Positions 41,332-51,163 of a stretch of DNA of 64,000 nt are shown here, one piece after another. Numbering within the stretch: the stretch's first letter is position 1; the number at the start of each line of letters is the position of its first letter. The position numbers and the translations under genes are program-made. The notes beneath the pieces are model-generated. The model saw nothing but the letters and a program-made list of their open reading frames with translations, ran no database searches and had not been told where the DNA came from. Origin of the DNA: an uncultured Chloroflexia bacterium (GTDB taxonomy: Bacteria; Chloroflexota; Anaerolineae; B4-G1; SLSP01); NCBI GenBank assembly GCA_963751345.1, contig CAVVUS010000013.1, positions 64,001 to 128,000 of the forward strand, in the 5' to 3' direction.

Positions 41332-43775
41332 CTAGCGCAGGGAGCGCAGCAAGCAGGTGACGCGCAGGCCACGCTGCGACGGGTTGAGCGCGCCCGGCGT
41401 GACCGCCCGGGCGACGCCGTAGCATTGCGCGTCGCCGGAGGCGCAGGCCGGTGGATCGACGACCCAGTCGGCCAGCGCGTCGTTGCTCCCTGTGCCGGTG
41501 AAGACTGCGCCGTCGTCGGCACCCAGGCGGCTGAACGGATCGTCGAAGGTCACGCCGTCACGGAGGACACCAAACGTGGCCGGGGTGACGGTGCGCCCCT
41601 CGGCAACAAAGTCGACCCCCACGTCGTCGTCGAACGCCGAGGTGGGCCCGGGCGCGAGCAGCACGACGTCGTCGTTGGCCGTTCCAATGCCGAAGCCCGG
41701 GTCGGTCGTCGCGTCGAGGGCGCCGTTCCCCACGTAGAGCACCATCACGCCATCACGCGCATCCAGGTCGTCAGTGGGGAAGGACGCTGCGTTGAGCGGG
41801 CTCTCGGTTGCCACAATCAGGATGACGGTCCCGCAGGGCACAGAGGCCAGCGTGTCCGACGCGGGCAGGATCAGCGACCCCTCGGTGGTATCCGCCCTGG
41901 TGGCGTTGTCGGTGATGCGCCATCCGCGCAAGTCCTGCCCGCCCGGCGCACGAACCAGGAGCTCCAGCCAGTCTCCCTCCAGAGGTCGCCGGCCGAGCGA
42001 GGGGTAGCGGGTAGCATCGTCATTGATCCATAGCTCGTTGATGATCACGTCGTCCGGTGCCGGCGTGTCTCGAGACACGCGGGGCCGAAAGGAGACCGTG
42101 AGCGACAATGGGCTCGACAGCGTGAGGCTGATCTCACTCACGCCGGGCGCGATATCGATGGCCGGCGACGACATCCACTCACCGACCTCGTAGCCATCCT
42201 CGGGCACCGCTACGACGTCCACCGCCGTCTGGCGACTGTACCATCCGTCCCACGCCGTTCCATCCGGTGCCACGTGCGTGCCGTTGACGTAGAGAGCTCC
42301 CGCGTCGGGCGGCGTGACCGCGAGATGCAGGGACGTGTCAATGGACGCTTCCTCGGCGACAACAAGAGGCCGCTCGTCGAGAAAGACTGAAAACGCCCGG
42401 ACCTCGTCGTCCCACGCCGGCACGCCGGGCCACCGGCCGCGCTCCTGCCCGTAGGCCTGTGAGAGCGGGCCGGAGAACGCAGCAAGGTGGCGTCCCACCG
42501 AGGCGGGCAGCAGGACCGTGTTCAGCAGATCGGCCAACCGCGCCGTGTAGCGCTGCCGGTAAGCCGGATTGGCCATCAGTGCCTCGTGAACCGTCGTCAG
42601 GTCCGGCGCCTGAGCGACCTCACCGGCCGACCCACCCTCGAACGCCCAGAACCAGCGCCCGCCCTGCGGCTGGACGGCGATGATGCTGCCCGCGGGCAGA
42701 TCGAAGAAGTGCGAGAGGATGGCGAAGTCGATCAAGTTCTCGATGTCGACGCGGGCCACAGCCTCGGCGTAGGCTGCGTCGCCAGAGAGATCACTGCTCC
42801 CCAGCCACTCCAACAGCGCCTTCCAGTCGGCTTTCGAGCCATCGCGGGCATCGCCCTCCTGCACGACGTCGGCCTCGCCGATGCCAAGATCGTCCGCCAG
42901 ATAGAAGCGGTCGACGCGCTCGGTCAGCCGGTAGATGCCCCACGAGCTGCCGTTCAGAAAGAGCCAAACGAAGCGTCCCTGTGCCGCGGGCAGGTCGAGG
43001 TCGCGGCAAAGCTCCGCCACCACCTGATCGCGCATCGGCGGACCACGCCATGGCACCCGTCGCGGCGTGGTCCCCCGCCTGGAGGAGCAGCCGCTTGTAG
43101 CTCTGTGCGTCGGCAGCCTGGTCGGGAGGATTCGGGAAGAGCGGCGCGTCGAGCCTGGCCTGTCCGTACTCCTGGCGCAAGTAGAGTCGCAGCGTCTGCT
43201 TCGGTGCGTCGAGGGGCTCCCGCCCATCGATCCGCACGCCGGCGGGCACGGCCCACGTCGCATCGCCGTCGAAGCCGGTGATGTACACAGGCCGCTCCCA
43301 TGCCTGCCCGCGCCACGAAGGGTTGGCGAGCAGCCCTCCCTCCTCACCCCAGAGGTCGGCAGGTTCGGCCATGATGGAGATGATGGGCAGCGCAGGCTGG
43401 TAGACCGACGGCATATGAGGCGCTAACGACCGGGCCTGCGACGCCACCATCGACCTCGATGGCACGCAGGACATGCACGCCAGGGGTAGCGCTATCCAGC
43501 CGTATCGGGCGGGCATAAGGGGTGCCGACGGTCGCCGACGGCGTGCTTCCATCGAGCGTGGTGATCACGCGTCCCGTGGGCTCCGAGGGGCGCAGCACCA
43601 CCGCGACGTCGCGTGCGTAGACACCGGGCGGCGGAGACAACGTGACCGCGCCTCCCGCGGTGCCCGCGTCCGAACCCACGGCCTGGCGCGAAAGACCCTC
43701 TGCGGCGAAGAGAAGCACGGCGACAGCCGCCACCAGCCCCCCGAGCCCCACCGCTCTTCGAATCGTGGAGCTCAT
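41332..43775 (-). CDS. FN3-associated + CotH + lamin-tail-like multidomain secreted protein; frameshifted
   Basis: SPPPGVY, TTLDGSTP, WERPVYI, GVRIDG, PKQTLRLY, MRDQ, LFLNGSSWGIYRLTERVD, VIINELW...DWLEL...DLRGWRITD. Confidence 0.82.
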
Positions 43776-43863
43776 CGCGCGCCAACCCACGCGGGCTCAC
43801 ACCCCATAGTCCGGGGCGTCACGCATCTCAACTCCAATCGAGCCCACCGACCGGGTCGCGCCC

Positions 43864-43996
43864 ACCCGCGCTGGCCTTGTCCGCCGTAGGGACAGGGCGG
43901 CATTCACCCGTGCTGGCCTCTTCCGCCGTAGAGACGGCGCCCCGCTCACCCGCGATGGCCTTTTCCGCCGTAGAGACGGGGCGGCGCCCCGTCTTC
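43864..43996. repeat. About three tandem 41-42 bp units (CACCCGnGnTGGCCT..TCCGCCGTAGrGAC)
   Basis: Repeated CCGCCGTAGAGACGG / CACCCGCG.TGGCCT blocks in an intergenic region. Confidence 0.7.
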
Positions 43997-44053
43997 TGCC
44001 TGCAGCACACCCGGCGCGGGGCCGCACGCCGCCCTGCCCCATAGTCAGGGCCA

Positions 44054-45382
44054 TCATCGTACCGCCAACGTCTGGAGGACAACGCGACTGTCGGCTAGCG
44101 GGTTCCCCGAGCTGTCGTGCGGCACCAGCCGGTCGCCGCTCTCCAGCAAATAGAGGCCCACCGCGACCTCGTAGTCGCCCCTGGCCATGTCAGCAGGTAG
44201 CGCGAGGATATGCTCATCCCGGACATACTCGCCCGGCGCCCACCCGTCGGTCGGATAGAAGCCGTAGACCGGCACGCTGTCATCCTGGGTCACCAGCCCG
44301 CCGGCGCCGTCGAGGACGTGAACAAAGACGCGGTAGCTCTCAACGACCGGTCTGTCGGCCGACCAGAGTAGCACTACGCGAAAGGATGAACCAACCGCGA
44401 CCCGCTGCGGCATGTCATAGCCCAGGAGCTGGATCTCGTCGGGGGCACCGCCCCCGCCCGGTCCCGAGAAGACGTAGCGGACAGTGTGATCCATCGGAAT
44501 TGGCGTCGCACTGGCATCGGGCGGGTGCACCACCTCGGTGAGGGAAAGGGCATCCTGCGTCTGTCCGCCTTGCGCCTGGTACGGCACGAGCCTGCCGCTG
44601 GGCTCCGCCAACTCGACGGTAATCCGGTACGTGCCCTGGGGCAGATCGTCCGGCGGCGCCAGGACATAGCGCGCCGTCAGACGGGCGTCGGCCAGCGGGG
44701 CGATGCCGGATGGCGCAAGGCGGGCCTCGCTCTGTGCCCAGGTCTTGCCTGTGGCGGCCTCGACCAGCCGGACTGTGACGCGCAACGGTGCGGCGTCGCG
44801 TCCCGGCACGTCATCCCAGAAGAGGGTCAGATCAACCGGCTCGCCGGGCGTCACCCGCGGGCCGGCGACCCGAAACGCGCGCAGCACGACCGCCTCGCTG
44901 AGGAACTGCCCGGTCATCTCTGTGGTGGCACCGGCATCGAAAGGCGAGGGCGTGTAGGCAAAGAGGGTCGCTGTGCCTCCCGGCAGCCCGGGCGCGGGCC
45001 ATGCGGTCAGCGGGCGGTACCGATCCACAAACCACGGCTGCGCGATCACACCATCCCAGGCCACGCCACCCGTCGCAAGGACGTAGTCGGGACGGGCCGT
45101 GTCGAGCGCGGCGAGCACGTCGTACGCGTCGACCGTCACCGGCAGCGCCACCGCATCGCGATCGGCGAAGCAGCGCTCGACGCCGGCGGGCACGGCCACG
45201 CTCTCCTGGGGTAGCGCCTGGGCGTCGAGCCAGGCAGCGACCGCGCCAAAGTCCGGGGTGCCCGAGCAACCGGGTGAGCAGCTCGTCGCACCCAGCACCA
45301 GCAACGAGGCGCCGAGCAAGGCCACGACGGCCCGCACGAGGAGCGGGCGGATCAGGGCTCGAAGGGGTACAAAGGTGTTCAC
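44054..45382 (-). CDS. Lipoprotein-like protein with two Ig-like domains resembling GT-C C-termini
   Basis: Hydrophobic signal ending GATSC; RPDYV; LLGYD...YRVFVHVLD...PTDGWAPGEYVRDEH...GDYEVAVGLY. GTG start 7 nt after TAGAAT. Confidence 0.72.
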   Translation of the reverse strand: MNTFVPLRALIRPLLVRAVVALLGASLLVLGATSCSPGCSGTPDFGAVAAWLDAQALPQESVAVPAGVERCFADRDAVALPVTVDAYDVLAALDTARPDYVLATGGVAWDGVIAQPWFVDRYRPLTAWPAPGLPGGTATLFAYTPSPFDAGATTEMTGQFLSEAVVLRAFRVAGPRVTPGEPVDLTLFWDDVPGRDAAPLRVTVRLVEAATGKTWAQSEARLAPSGIAPLADARLTARYVLAPPDDLPQGTYRITVELAEPSGRLVPYQAQGGQTQDALSLTEVVHPPDASATPIPMDHTVRYVFSGPGGGGAPDEIQLLGYDMPQRVAVGSSFRVVLLWSADRPVVESYRVFVHVLDGAGGLVTQDDSVPVYGFYPTDGWAPGEYVRDEHILALPADMARGDYEVAVGLYLLESGDRLVPHDSSGNPLADSRVVLQTLAVR

Positions 45383-45471
45383 ACGGCGCATTCTACCGCT
45401 CCAGGGCATTCCGAGCAAGACTCCGCCCCCGCCGAACCCGACGCCTCAGGTTCCAGGCACGGCAGAGCGTC

Positions 45472-45503
45472 GGTGCCGGGGACTTTCCGCAGTCCCCGGC
45501 ACC
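45472..45503. repeat. REP-like palindrome GGTGCCGGGGACT-ttccgc-AGTCCCCGGCACC
   Basis: Matches 8607-8638. Confidence 0.8.
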
Positions 45504-45777
45504 TGGAGGCCCAGCCCCGTTCGCCCGCTGGACTCGTTACCGGGGGACAGGCAACAGCACCCCTTTCAGATGACTTCGCCCCCGTTCTGAAATGTTAGTA
45601 TGTGAGAGGCAGGTGAGAGAGGACTTGAGGCGAGGGAAGGGCTAAGCTAGCAGCACTGGGCACAGCCTGAGGTCGAGGGAGCTGTCTTCGGCCGCGGGCC
45701 GGGCCTGGCTGGCACACCAGAGGTTGCCCCAGGCGGAGCAACTCATCCTCAGACAGCTGCTCGCACGCGTCGATTTC

Positions 45778-46032
45778 TCAGAGAAGCAGATCCATGTCGT
45801 CGACAGCGAGATCCCACGTTCGGTGCATGGCAATCGTCGCACCGGGCGTACCATTCTTGAAGGCCACGCGGATAGCGCACCAGGTTTGGTCGACCTCACC
45901 GATCACGTTCTCCGGGATGGAGATCGTCTAAGCACCCGGAAGACTGCGTTTGTCGGTCGGATGCTCGCTCGATCCACCGTCCCAGAATGGTTCCAGGATC
46001 GGTTCTGCCTCGTTGATGGGTACGATGGTCAT
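45778..46032 (-). pseudogene. Truncated gene remnant with internal TAG
   Basis: GAGGAG RBS, then MTIVPINEAEPILEPFWDGG..., TAG at 45928-45930, protein-like continuation to TGA. Confidence 0.45.
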
Positions 46033-46041
46033 CGTCACTCC

Positions 46042-46587
46042 TCAGTTTGTCAGGATCCCTGTTGGCTTCCCGTCCAGGCTCACCGAATTGGCCTCCCGCC
46101 AATACGTCCGGAGGCCTTCCTCTCCCTGATCCGCCAACCAACTCGTCAACTCGTCGCGATCCCCAACGAAGTCATACAAGGGCACACCTGAGCCGCACGA
46201 TGTCTGCACGAGGTCAACGTGCATATCGATGATCTGGCGTGGACCCGGAAGCTGAGGGAAGCGTGAGATCAGATCGGCCCAATCGTCATCCTGTGCATGG
46301 ACCGATCGGGCGTGCCCATACAAACGCAAGATAAGTGGGTCACCCTCGAATGCGCAGAACATCAGTGTCATCCGTTCGTTCTCGATCAAATGCGCCGCGG
46401 TCTCGTTTCCGCTGCCGGTTAGGTTTAGCCAAGCTACGCGGTTGTCGCCCAGGACCCGTAACGTATCCAGCCCCTTCGGTGATACGTTGACCCTCCCGTC
46501 TACAGCGGCTGTTCCCACGAAGTAGATCCTCTGTCGTCCGATAAATGTCTTCATCTCGTCGTTCATTGCTGCGTATCGTTGACCCAT
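46042..46587 (-). CDS. Pyridoxamine 5'-phosphate oxidase family protein
   Basis: FVGTA, VNVSPKG, TGSGNETAAH, MFCAFEG, QTSCG; GGAGG RBS. Confidence 0.9.
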   Translation of the reverse strand: MGQRYAAMNDEMKTFIGRQRIYFVGTAAVDGRVNVSPKGLDTLRVLGDNRVAWLNLTGSGNETAAHLIENERMTLMFCAFEGDPLILRLYGHARSVHAQDDDWADLISRFPQLPGPRQIIDMHVDLVQTSCGSGVPLYDFVGDRDELTSWLADQGEEGLRTYWREANSVSLDGKPTGILTN

Positions 46588-46905
46588 CGCTATTACCTCC
46601 AAGTGATCGTCGCTGTTCATATCTGGCGACCCAAATATAGCTTCGTTCTCGATGCAGTCCAAGCTGCTGGTGCTACCGACCTCTTCCCGGCGCGGTGGGC
46701 GTGTTCCAACTTCGGGGCGACACCAGCGGTTGAGGCAATGCGAATCCTGTGAGGATTCTGTAAGAGCCAGGTTCCCGATCAGTACTAAAGGACTGGGCAA
46801 TAAGGTGACTCATTTTGACTTCTAGCGAGGGGGTTTTACACTCAATCATGATTTGTTGTGAGGCAGTCTTGGCAGAGCCCCAATGGACAAATCAAGGAGG
46901 TTCTC

Positions 46906-48086
46906 ATGACGAGTACTTCTTCTCGGAGGAACGGGCGTCTTTGGGAAAAGTGCAGCAGCTCTCCTTGCCCGTGAGAAAGAGATCACCGAGATAGCGGTTG
47001 CTAGCAGGCATCTCGATACCGCACAACGAACCGCATCAAATATCGGTGACAAAGCGCGTGCAGTGTGCGTTGACATCAAAGATCTGACCAAGCTTTCGTC
47101 TATCGCAAGTGATTACAGTATCATCGTTAATGCTGCCGGACCCACGTCTGAAACACAGTTGCCCGCGATCCGGGCGGCTATTGAAGCGGGTGTCCACTAC
47201 TGCGATCTGGGTATTCTCGGGCGAACTGCAGAAAAAGCACTCAAACTGAACTCACAGGCGCAGGCGAAAGGTGTGACCGCCATCATCGGTACCGGCTGGT
47301 GTGCTATTCGGAGTCTGATGACAGTGCACGCCGCACACCAACTTGACGAAATCGACGAGTTGTTCGCCTGCTTTCAATTCGACTACTCCCAAGGAGGATT
47401 CTTCTCGCCTGGAGAATTTCCTCGCCAGGGTGCACAAGCACGGTCGCGTAGAAACCAGCGCTGTAGATATCATGGAAAGTGCACGCGGTCCCGTCAAGAT
47501 ATATCGAGCAGGAAGATGGCTCTCTATCGAACCCATCGAAGGTCCAATGGAAATCTTTCATCCGGCGGGAACCATGATCACCGCCTATCCTTTGGATTCC
47601 TCGGAGGCGGTAACCTTACCTGACTACCTGCCTGGGGTGAGAAACATATCCATCTTGATGAGCTTCGTCCCGCCTCCTCTTAACGAGCTCATATTGCAGC
47701 ATGGCCACCGGATGGTGAAAGGTGAAATTGATCCGGCCAGTGCAATCGTGGCATTCTATGAAGCAGCTTTGGCGGACAAGGAATGCTGGCTCGCAACTCC
47801 ACACGGTTATCCTGGCGGGTGGTGGATGTGGGCTGGTGTGACAGGGCGGAAGAACGGGCGGAAAGCACGATATCTGTGCTGGCCGGCAATGTTTCTGGAT
47901 TGGACAAGCGTTCCCCTCATAATCGTAGCTCTGCGTATTCTAAGGGGGGAAGTATCTATGCACGGAGTCCTGCCACCTGAGGCGTGTTTTGAGCTTGGAT
48001 CTTTCTTCGAGGAGGTAGCTAAGTATGTGGGCGAAGAACACCGTGGGAAACCCCTGTTGATCGAGCGCTTTGACTGGCTGGAATAG
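46906..48086 (+). CDS. Saccharopine dehydrogenase-like oxidoreductase; frameshifted
   Basis: AAGGAGG RBS; [11 protein letters not shown] Rossmann motif, VNAAGP, GVHYCD, GVLPPEA. Confidence 0.82.
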
Positions 48087-48190
48087 AAGGTGCATATCCG
48101 CTAGATCACACAAGCGCCTCAGACCTGCTGCCGAAATGGCGAAATGCGGTAAGCTTGGGGCAGGGATTCGCAGCAAGGGAGGGTATACCG

Positions 48191-49159
48191 ATGAAAGCAG
48201 TACGTGTACACGAGTTTGGCGGGCCGGAAGTCATGGTGTACGAGGAGATCGAGACACCCACGCCGGGGCCCGGCGAGGTGCTCGTCAAGATCGAGGCCGC
48301 GGGCGTGAACTACGTCGACGTCTACCGTCGCAAGGGAAACTACAAGGGAGCACTGCCCTTCACCGAGGGCGAGGAGGCCGCCGGGCGCGTGATGGCGGTC
48401 GGCCCCGGTGTCACCACCGTCCGCCCGGGCGATCTCGTGGCCTACGGGACGTCCCGCGGAGCCTATGCGGAGTTCGCCGTCGTTCCCGAAGCGAGCCTCG
48501 CCGTGGTGCCCGAGGGCATTAGCGCGCGCCAGGCCGCCGCGGTGATCCTTCAAGGCATGACCGCCCACTACCTGGCCACCAGCACCTACCCGCTGCAGGA
48601 GGGCGAGTTGGCGCTGATCCACGCTGCAGCCGGCGGCGTCGGAGGGCTGTTGGTACAGATCGCGAAGCGCCGGGGTGCCATCGTCTTCGCAACCTGCTCG
48701 ACCGAGCCAAAGGCCGAACGGGTCCGGGGGCTGGGCGCCGACGAGGTCATCCTCTACTCGCAGACCGACTTCCACGCCGAGGTCATGCGGCTCACCGAGG
48801 GGGCCGGCGTTGACGTGGTCTACGATGGCGTGGGCCAGGCCACCTTTATGAGCAGCCTGAACTGCCTCCACCCACGCGGAATGATGGTGCTCTTTGGCGC
48901 CGCCAGCGGGCCTGTGGCGCCGCTCGACCCTCAGGTACTCAACCAAAAGGGGTCGCTCTACCTGACGCGTCCCACCCTTGGCAACTACGCGGCTACCCGC
49001 GCCGAGCTTCAGCAGCGGGCGACCGATCTCTTTACCTGGATGGCGGCAGGGGAGCTTGACGTGCCCATTGACCGGGAGTTTCCATTGCGAGAGGCGGCTG
49101 CGGCGCACCGGTACATCGAGGACCGCCGCACGATGGGGAAGCTGCTGCTGATTCCGTAG
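48191..49159 (+). CDS. qor: NADPH:quinone oxidoreductase (zeta-crystallin/MDR)
   Basis: [45 protein letters not shown]. Confidence 0.93.
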   Translation: MKAVRVHEFGGPEVMVYEEIETPTPGPGEVLVKIEAAGVNYVDVYRRKGNYKGALPFTEGEEAAGRVMAVGPGVTTVRPGDLVAYGTSRGAYAEFAVVPEASLAVVPEGISARQAAAVILQGMTAHYLATSTYPLQEGELALIHAAAGGVGGLLVQIAKRRGAIVFATCSTEPKAERVRGLGADEVILYSQTDFHAEVMRLTEGAGVDVVYDGVGQATFMSSLNCLHPRGMMVLFGAASGPVAPLDPQVLNQKGSLYLTRPTLGNYAATRAELQQRATDLFTWMAAGELDVPIDREFPLREAAAAHRYIEDRRTMGKLLLIP

Positions 49160-49181
49160 GTAGGTCCGTCGCTCTCGAAGA

Positions 49182-49241
49182 AGACCTTTGAGCTTTCCTC
49201 GTCGTGCCGACACCTCGTCGACGGGCAAAGCTCAAAGGTCT
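49182..49241. mobile_element. 60-bp MITE/REPIN-like element between convergent genes
   Basis: AGACCTTTGAGCTTT...AAAGCTCAAAGGTCT perfect 15-bp inverted repeat; same length as the 19152-19211 copy. Confidence 0.7.
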
Positions 49242-49247
49242 CGCTGC

Positions 49248-50898
49248 TCACTCGACCTTGTAGAGGGTCGCCCAGTGGCCTCGCATCCGGAAGCGACGCA
49301 TCCGGCTGAGCACCTGCTCGGTGTACTTGCCGGCCACCTCGACAAGTGTGCGGTCTTTCTGGATATCGATGGCGCCGATGCTCTTGCCGGGGATATCGGC
49401 CTCGCCGGCGATAGAGCCCACGACGTCGCGGGGACGCACGCCTTGCGCCTCCCCAAGATCCATCGCGAGCCGCACCATTCCGCCGCTGCTGCGCGATCCT
49501 TCGGACCCGCGGCGTCGGCCACTGCGCCGGCTGTATGACGAGGTCCGCGCGCCCTTGACCTTGCTGCCGTCGCGAGGATTCGCGCACTTCCGCGATTGGC
49601 TCGATGGGCAGGGTCGGCTCCCCGGCCCGCGCCAGTTGGATCGCCGCGGCGGCGACAGTCTCGGGCGCGAAGCCGAGATCGGTGAGCTGTTTCACCAGAC
49701 CGTGCTCCGACTCCTGAATCTGCGTCACCGCCTGGAGCATCTTCTGCAGGAACTTGGCGTCGCGGTGGGCGAGAACCCGTTCCTCCGGTGGCACCTCGGC
49801 GCGGTCGATGGTCTGAAGCGTAAAGGCCTCGATATCGCGGAGCCGGCGGCGCTCCCGCGGCGTAAGCAGCGTCAGCGCGATGCCCGCCTTGCCGGCGCGC
49901 CCCGTGCGCCCGATCCGGTGCACGTAGGCCTCGGGGTCGGTAGGCACGTCGTAGTTGATGACGTGCGAGATGTCCTCGATGTCGAGCCCGCGGGCCGCTA
50001 CGTCGGTGGCCACCAGGATCCGGATCTGACCCTCGCGGAAGTGGGCCATCACTCGCTCGCGTGCAGCCTGCGGCATATCGCCGTGGAGCGCCTCGACAGG
50101 GACGCCGCGCGCAAAGAGCTGCTCGGCAAGCTTGGCCGTGCCGACCTTCGTACGGCTGAAGATCAGGACCCGCGTCGCCTCCTCTACCTCCAGCAGACGG
50201 GTCAGGGCGGCGAGTTTGTCGCTTTCGTAGACCAGGTAGTAGCGCTGCTGGGTCGTCTCCAGCGTCACCTGCTCGGGATCGACCGCGATGGTCTCGGGCG
50301 TATGCATATAGCGCTCGGCCAGGCTGCGGATCGGCTTCGGCAGCGTCGCCGAGAAGAGCGCGGTCTGGCGCGTCTCAGGCGTCTCGCTGAGGATGGCCTC
50401 CATATCTTCGATGAAGCCCATGGACAGCATCTCGTCGGCCTCGTCAAGCACCACCGTGCGGACCGCGTCCAGGTGGAGGATGCCTTTGCGGATCAGATCG
50501 AGCATCCGCCCGGGCGTGCCCACGACGACGTCAACGCCGCGTTCCAGCCGCCGGATCTGGCGGTCGTAGGATTGGCCGCCGTAGATGGCCAGTACGCTGA
50601 CGCGGCGGTGTTGGCCGTAGTCACGGAATGCCTTGGCGACCTGCATCGCCAGCTCGCGCGTGGGTTCGATGACGAGCCCCTGCACGCCTCGCACATCCGC
50701 CTCGAGGCGGTGTAACATCGGCAGCGCGAAAGCCGCCGTCTTGCCGGTGCCCGTCTGGGCCTGGCCCAGGACGTCGCGCCCGGCCAACATCGCCGGGATC
50801 GCCTTGTCCTGGATCGGGGTCGGCGTCTCGTACTCCAGTTCATCCACGGCCTGCAGCAACAGCGGGTGCAGGTCAAAAACCTCAAATGCTTCGCTCAT
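49248..50898 (-). CDS. deaD: DEAD-box RNA helicase with DbpA-type RNA-binding domain; frameshift near 49530
   Basis: Q-motif TPIQ, AQTGTGKT, PTRELA, TPGR, DEAD, SAT, ARGLD, HRIGRTGRAG; C-terminal RPRDVVGSIAGEA. Confidence 0.9.
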
Positions 50899-50916
50899 CT
50901 CGTACGCTCACTTCCC

Positions 50917-50950
50917 AAGAAAAAAGGCTCTGCCACTTCCGGCAGAGCCT
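50917..50950 (-). terminator. Intrinsic terminator in the 5' leader of the helicase gene
   Basis: AGGCTCTGCC-ggaagt-GGCAGAGCCT followed by TTTTTCTT, ending about 18 nt before the ATG. Confidence 0.75.
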
Positions 50951-50994
50951 CGCTTGATTCTCTGTGTCTCAAAACAGGTGTGTCTGCAGCACCT

Positions 50995-51003
50995 ATTATA
51001 CCA
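50995..51003 (-). promoter_or_regulatory. Extended -10 promoter TGGTATAAT of the helicase gene
   Basis: Exact TGnTATAAT about 97 nt upstream of the ATG. Confidence 0.65.
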
Positions 51004-51163
51004 CGTTTGGCGCGTCTGCCATTTACTCCGCAGGTTCGGGCAACCGCACGCTCCCGTTCGGGAAGCTGCCTGGCGGTCGGTTTGGTCGAATGGTGCAAAT
51101 GTGATTCTGAGCCGAAGGTGAGGAGTTCTGCCGCGCTCGATGGCATCTCGCCTCTTTTCGAGC

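Noticed and set aside
38726-43775. Identical ATGAGCTCCA starts of the VTC and CotH-LTD genes
   Set aside because: Only a 10-bp match and both starts are uncertain; likely chance.
43864-43996. Possible mini-CRISPR array
   Set aside because: Units are contiguous and degenerate, with no unique spacers and no cas genes.
45928-45930. In-frame TAG as pyrrolysine or readthrough
   Set aside because: The ORF ends soon after, with no pyl context; a decayed fragment is simpler.
49009-49247. Helicase ORF extension overlapping qor
   Set aside because: Artefact of the frameshift near 49530; the DbpA-domain frame stops at 49248.
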